DNA from: Acidobacteriota bacterium
GTDB lineage: Bacteria > Acidobacteriota > UBA6911 > RPQK01 > JAJDTT01
Direction: 5' to 3'
DNA: 64,000 nt
NCBI GenBank assembly: GCA_965209055.1
Contig: OZ242374.1
Coordinates: 3,648,001-3,712,000 of the forward strand
Shown here: positions 59,851 through 64,000 of the stretch, piece after piece
Layout: each line of letters starts with the position of its first letter
Numbering within the stretch: the stretch's first letter is position 1
The notes under the pieces: generated by a model
The model's database searches: none
Told to the model about the DNA's origin: nothing
What the model saw: the letters and a program-made list of their open reading frames with translations, nothing else
Made by a program: the position numbers and the translations under genes

Positions 59851-60107
59851 ATGAACCGGCACGCGCCGGACACGCGGGAATCGGAGAAATTTAGGGATGA
59901 TTTCCGCGATAAGGCCATCGGCACGATTCGCAAATACGCCGATCTGAACATCATCAAAGCAAGAGTTGTACTCGATACCACTGGACGCCGCCGCCGCGGC
60001 TTTGCCTTGGAGGATTTGAACACCTACTCCGTTTCTCTGGAGCCGTGGTACGATTCGCCCCACGGCGAAGAACCCGGATCCAGAAAGGAGGAGATGCATG
60101 GGCATCT
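59851..60107 (+). CDS. Putative excisionase / MerR-like HTH protein (exon 1; stop TAA at 62021-62023 after splicing)
   Basis: GTIRKYADLNIIKAR...GRRRR.F.LEDL resembles winged-helix Xis; directly upstream of int; N-terminus uncertain. Confidence 0.5.
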
Positions 60108-63095
60108 GTGCGCCAGGCTAACTGGCACAAGACAAGCGGTGAAAGTCCGCTGAAACGAAGGACTAACCATCCACGTTTCTCCGCGAGCCGTGCGTTGGCA
60201 CCCGTGAGGGTGTCGGCGAAGCGTCGGCAGCGGCGCGTGTGGGCGGGGCTATTGAGCATCGAAACATGCAGGAACGGAAGTGCCGAGGCTGTGGATGCGG
60301 TCGAAGGCAACACCGGCTGGACCGGGAAGGTGAGGGACAGACGGACACCGCGGTGTCTAGGAACCCAAGCACGCACGTACGTCTTGTGTCGGGACCTGGG
60401 AGGGCTTCATTTCGCTCCGGTGGTCGAGCCAGGGCCGCATGAGAAAGGAGCAAACCGAACCTCATGATGGACGAAACGAAGCAGTCGGATTCATCCATAG
60501 TAGCGATGAAGCGGGCGAACAAAGAGGGGGAACCCTCGGCGGAGCCGGTGGAGCGAAGGGATGAAGCCAAGGGGAATTCGGTGTGCCAAAGCACGCGCCG
60601 GACGCAGAGTCGGGGGAGCGTGTCCCAAGCGGCGGACCGGATACGGCGAGCCATAGCGAGAAACCCCAAGGAGCGACTGACCGCGCTGTTGCACCATATC
60701 ACCGTGGAGGCCTTGCGCCGCGCCTACCTCGGACTGAGGAAGGATGCGGCCCCGGGAATCGACGGAGTGCGGTGGGAGGAGTACGGGGCGAAGCTGGAAG
60801 AGCGACTGCTGGACCTGCATCGCCGCGTGCACCGGGGCGCGTACCGGGCGCCTCCCGTCCGGCGGGTGAGAATCCCCAAGCCGGACGGACGGACACGACC
60901 GCTCGGGATCGCGGCACTGGAGGACAAGATCCTCCAGAAGGCCGTGGTGGACGAGCTCCTGACGCCGATCTATGAGGCGGAGTTTCTCGGGCTCAGCTAC
61001 GGGTTCCGGCCCGGACGGAAGGCGCATGACGCGCTGGATGCCCTGGCCTACGGGATCGAACGGCGGAAAGTCAATTGGATCGTGGACGCGGACATCCGAA
61101 CGTTTTTCGATGCGATCGACCGGGACTGGATGATCCGGTTCGTGGAACATCGGATCGGGGACCGGCGGGTGTTGCGGCTCCTGACCAAGTGGCTGAACGC
61201 GGGAGTGATGGAAGAAGGGACCCGGTCGGACACGGGGAAAGGGACGCCTCAGGGCTCCATCGTCTCCCCGGTGCTGGCAAATGTGTACCTGCACTACGTG
61301 CTGGACCAGTGGTTCCATCGGAAATGGCGTCCACGAGTCCCGAAAGGCGAGGCGATCCTGGTGCGGTATGCGGACGACTTCGTGGCCGGATTCGAGAAGC
61401 GGGCAGACGCGGAGCGGTTTCTCCGAGACCTGGGGGAACGGTGCGCCGAGTTCGGACTGGAACTGCACCCGGAAAAGACGCGACTGGTGGAGTTCGGGCG
61501 ATTTGCGGCAGCGGATCGGCGGCGACGCGGGGCGCGGAAACCGGAAACGTTCGATTTCCTGGGCTTCACGCACTACTGTGCGAAGACCCGGAAGGGGCGG
61601 TTCCGGCTGGGGCGGAAACCGAGTGCGAAGCGGATGCAACGAACCCTGAAACGGGTGGGGGAGAGGCTGCGAAGACGCCGGCACGACGACATCTGGGAGG
61701 TCGGGAAATGGTTGGGCCGCGTATTGAACGGCTGGCTCAACTACTTTGCGGTCCCCGGAAGTGGACGATGGCTGCAAGGCTTTCGATATCGGCTGCGAGA
61801 GCAGTGGATGCGGGTGTTGCGCCGCCGGTCGCAGCGAGCGCGCTTCACGTGGAGACGGCTCCGAAAGATGGCCAAGCTTCTCTGGCCGTCGGTGACGATT
61901 CGCCACCCGTGGCCGAGCGAACGGCTCACCGTAACGACCCAAGGCAGGAGCCGTGTGCCCTAACGGGCACGCACGGATCTGTGCGGGGGGCGGAGGGAAA
62001 CCGCCGTTCCTACCGCGACATAAGGTGAAGGATCGCCGGGGGAGACGACGGTACGTCGTCAGCAAGTACTGGCCGAACGGATCCGGTCGGCTCCGAATGT
62101 ACGCCCCCAACTACCGGAGCGCGCAAGCGCTTCAAACACGAATCGAGTCCAGTATCCTGGACGGCACCTGGAAGCGGCTCAAGCAGGAACTCGCCGGTGG
62201 GAAACGCAAGATCTGGACGGTCCGGAGTTTCTACGAGCGTTTTTTCGAGGAGTATTGCAAACCTCGTCTACGCTGCTTGCGCCGCTACGCACTCTCGTTC
62301 AAGAGCCTCAACGCCATGCTGGGGAACATTCCCCTGAAGGAGTTCCAGCGCAAGGACCTCCACCGCTACGTCGCGAAACGGAAGGGACAGGTCCAGCCAG
62401 CCACGGTGAACCGAGACATTGCGGCCCTCAGCAAGCTGTTTTCCTACGCGCTGGAGTGCGGGGAAGTGGACACGCATCCGCTGGTTCGATTCCCCAAACT
62501 GAAGGAGCCCAAGAAGGTCTTCCGGCCTTTGACGGTCCAACAGTTCCGCGACCTGGTCGAGGCGGTGGACAACCCTTCCCTGCAAGCCATGATCGCAGTG
62601 ATCGGTGAAACGGGGATTCGCAAGGGAGAGGGATTGTCGCTCACATGGAGTCGGGTGGATTTGGGCCGCCGGATGTTGTGGGTGGAGTTCACCAAGGACG
62701 ACGAACCGAGAGAGATTCCGCTCTCGAAGTACGCCGCCCGATATCTGGCGGGGCTGGTTCGTTACCTGAACACACCGTATGTGTTCGTCAACAGCCGGAC
62801 CGGGACAAGATGGGTGAATCCAGACAAGTCTCTACGTCGCGCTGCCGAGCGGGTGGGGTTGAAGGTTGGGTTTCACGATCTGAGGCGATTCCGCTGTAGC
62901 CATTGGCTGATGCAGGGTGTGGACGTGAGAACGGTGCAGAAGCTGATGGGACACTCATCGATCAGCACGACGATGCGCTACGCGGGCTACGTCAGTTCGC
63001 ATGCGCTCCAGAGCATTCGAGAGGCACAGGCTAACGAAGACTCACAAACGCAACAGGCAACAAACAGGCAACGGGTCGGAATGAAGGGACAATGA
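60098..63095 (+). CDS. int: Tyrosine recombinase/integrase split by the intron (exons 60098-60107 and 62020-63095)
   Basis: RBS AGGAGGAG; spliced ATG GGC ATC T|AT AAG gives MGIYKVKDRRG...; catalytic TGIRKGE, FHDLRR, MGHS, TMRY. Confidence 0.9.
60108..62019 (+). mobile_element. Group II intron (IEP without En domain, class E-like by inference)
   Basis: 5' GTGCG; domain V GAGCCGTGTGCCCTAACGGGCACGCACGGATC; domain VI ending in AC; EBS1 GGATGC and EBS2 CATGCA complementary to exon 1. Confidence 0.92.
60464..61963 (+). CDS. ltrA: Group II intron reverse transcriptase/maturase
   Basis: APGIDG, IPKPDGRTRPLGI, SYGFRP, GTPQG, VRYADD, FDFLGF, maturase X domain. Confidence 0.96.
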   Translation: MMDETKQSDSSIVAMKRANKEGEPSAEPVERRDEAKGNSVCQSTRRTQSRGSVSQAADRIRRAIARNPKERLTALLHHITVEALRRAYLGLRKDAAPGIDGVRWEEYGAKLEERLLDLHRRVHRGAYRAPPVRRVRIPKPDGRTRPLGIAALEDKILQKAVVDELLTPIYEAEFLGLSYGFRPGRKAHDALDALAYGIERRKVNWIVDADIRTFFDAIDRDWMIRFVEHRIGDRRVLRLLTKWLNAGVMEEGTRSDTGKGTPQGSIVSPVLANVYLHYVLDQWFHRKWRPRVPKGEAILVRYADDFVAGFEKRADAERFLRDLGERCAEFGLELHPEKTRLVEFGRFAAADRRRRGARKPETFDFLGFTHYCAKTRKGRFRLGRKPSAKRMQRTLKRVGERLRRRRHDDIWEVGKWLGRVLNGWLNYFAVPGSGRWLQGFRYRLREQWMRVLRRRSQRARFTWRRLRKMAKLLWPSVTIRHPWPSERLTVTTQGRSRVP

Positions 63096-63127
63096 ATGGA
63101 GGGGATATTTGGGATAACCGGTTGATA
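63052..63127. promoter_or_regulatory. Right-end arm-type sites plus IHF consensus site
   Basis: AACAGGCAACAAACAGGCAAC (63052-63072); TAACCGGTTGATA (63115-63127), whose reverse complement TATCAACCGGTTA matches WATCAANNNNTTR. Confidence 0.65.
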
Positions 63128-63228
63128 ATTAAGGATCTAGATCGTAGATCATTTGGACCGAGCGACGGATTTCCTACCCCCACTCCCCAGGGGATAGGAA
63201 AGTCCCCCCACTAATGTCCCCTCCTACC

Positions 63229-64000
63229 CTATCCGTTCACCAGATTCACGAGCGGTTCCAAAGCGGGCATTCCGGAGGCGATCTCCTTTCGCTCAATCCG
63301 CTTCATGACTCGCCGAACCGCCTCGTTGACCGGCGTCGGGACCCCTTTCTTCCTTCCCTTTCGGACCACGAACCCGTTGAAGTGATCCACCTCCGTGATC
63401 CGCCCCTTCCAATGGTCCTGGAGCAGGGAAGTGGCGGCTGCGGGACTGATCCGTTCCGACATCCGGGCCAGCCGCCGGTCCATGGTCCCATCCCGGCCCC
63501 GGGCGGCGGCCAGAACCTGATCCGGCGTACATGGGCCCAGGACGCGATGAATCCCGTGTCCATGGGCACGTGCCACCAGGACCACCTCTTCCGCCAGCCG
63601 GATCATGATCTTCCGGACCTCCGGCTCACCCAGGAGTGGCGCCGACCGCAACCCGGTGATTCCCGACAGGGCGTTGACCATGGCGCTGGTGGCCAGCTTG
63701 GTCCAGCGCATGGCCAACAGGTCGCGGGTCGTCTTCGCCGGCCACACGGTATTCAGATAACCGGCCACTTCCCGGGCCTTGCGATCGGAGGACCCCGCGT
63801 ACTCGCCCACGTAGGCTCCCGGAGCATCCAGGTTGGAAGACCGGGAGACCGACTGGGTCGAGACCTGGATCCGGCCGGGAGCCTCCAGCACGGCGTTGAT
63901 CAGGATGACGACACCGAGAATCCGGCCGCCGTCGATTCGCTGCGCGATGATCTCTTCGTTGATGCCGTTCTGGGTGCTCACCACCCACGCCTGTGGTGAC
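63229..64000 (-). CDS. Ketopantoate reductase (ApbA/PanE) family, 5' part outside the window
   Basis: STQNGI, RWTKL...VNALSG, SLLQD..KGR.TEVD.FNG. Confidence 0.85.
   Translation of the reverse strand, partial: SPQAWVVSTQNGINEEIIAQRIDGGRILGVVILINAVLEAPGRIQVSTQSVSRSSNLDAPGAYVGEYAGSSDRKAREVAGYLNTVWPAKTTRDLLAMRWTKLATSAMVNALSGITGLRSAPLLGEPEVRKIMIRLAEEVVLVARAHGHGIHRVLGPCTPDQVLAAARGRDGTMDRRLARMSERISPAAATSLLQDHWKGRITEVDHFNGFVVRKGRKKGVPTPVNEAVRRVMKRIERKEIASGMPALEPLVNLVNG

Larger units (their letters stand above)
50749..63176. mobile_element. Tyrosine-integrase integrative element (about 12.4 kb) with defence-type cargo
   Basis: Core TTTCCTA duplicated at 50749-50755 and 63170-63176; integrase next to the right end; AACAGGCAACAAACAGGCA about 100-110 bp inside both ends; lower-GC cargo. 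Confidence 0.82.

Noticed and set aside
60464-61963. Retron, DGR or defence-associated RT
   Set aside because: Typical group II intron IEP with intact intron ends, domains V and VI, and EBS/IBS pairing.
61953-62019. ORF-track N-terminus of the integrase (MCPNGHARICAGG...)
   Set aside because: This is intron domain V/VI sequence; the real start is probably at 60098.

Overview
GC-rich bacterial chromosomal window; the gene content (PKD-OmpA lipoprotein, several cytochrome c/DUF1549-DUF1553 + DUF1501 pairs, PhyH, BNR proteins) suggests Acidobacteriota, but this is an inference. The backbone carries dnaX-ybaB-recR, three tRNAs (Ser-CGA, Ser-GGA, Lys-TTT), metabolic and transport genes and an 8-unit, 82-bp REP-doublet array. 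There are three accessory segments. (1) About 6.7-11.5 kb: a cytochrome c/DUF1501 cassette bracketed by a decayed duplicate of the tRNA-Ser(CGA) promoter and 5' part. (2) About 14.9-20.9 kb, between two tRNAs: an HTH + ImmA/IrrE peptidase pair divergent from a Ubl-ThiF/E1-DUF6527 (Bub-like) operon with no visible E2, plus IS5 and TA genes. (3) A 12.4-kb integrative element (50749-63176) with defence-type cargo. It appears inserted in the loop of a REP-like hairpin: a 7-bp core TTTCCTA is duplicated, 19-bp arm-type repeats lie near both ends and there is an IHF-consensus site. A group II intron splits its xis/int overlap; splicing would restore both the integrase frame and the upstream gene's stop codon. 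All family calls come from reading motifs by eye, with no database searches.
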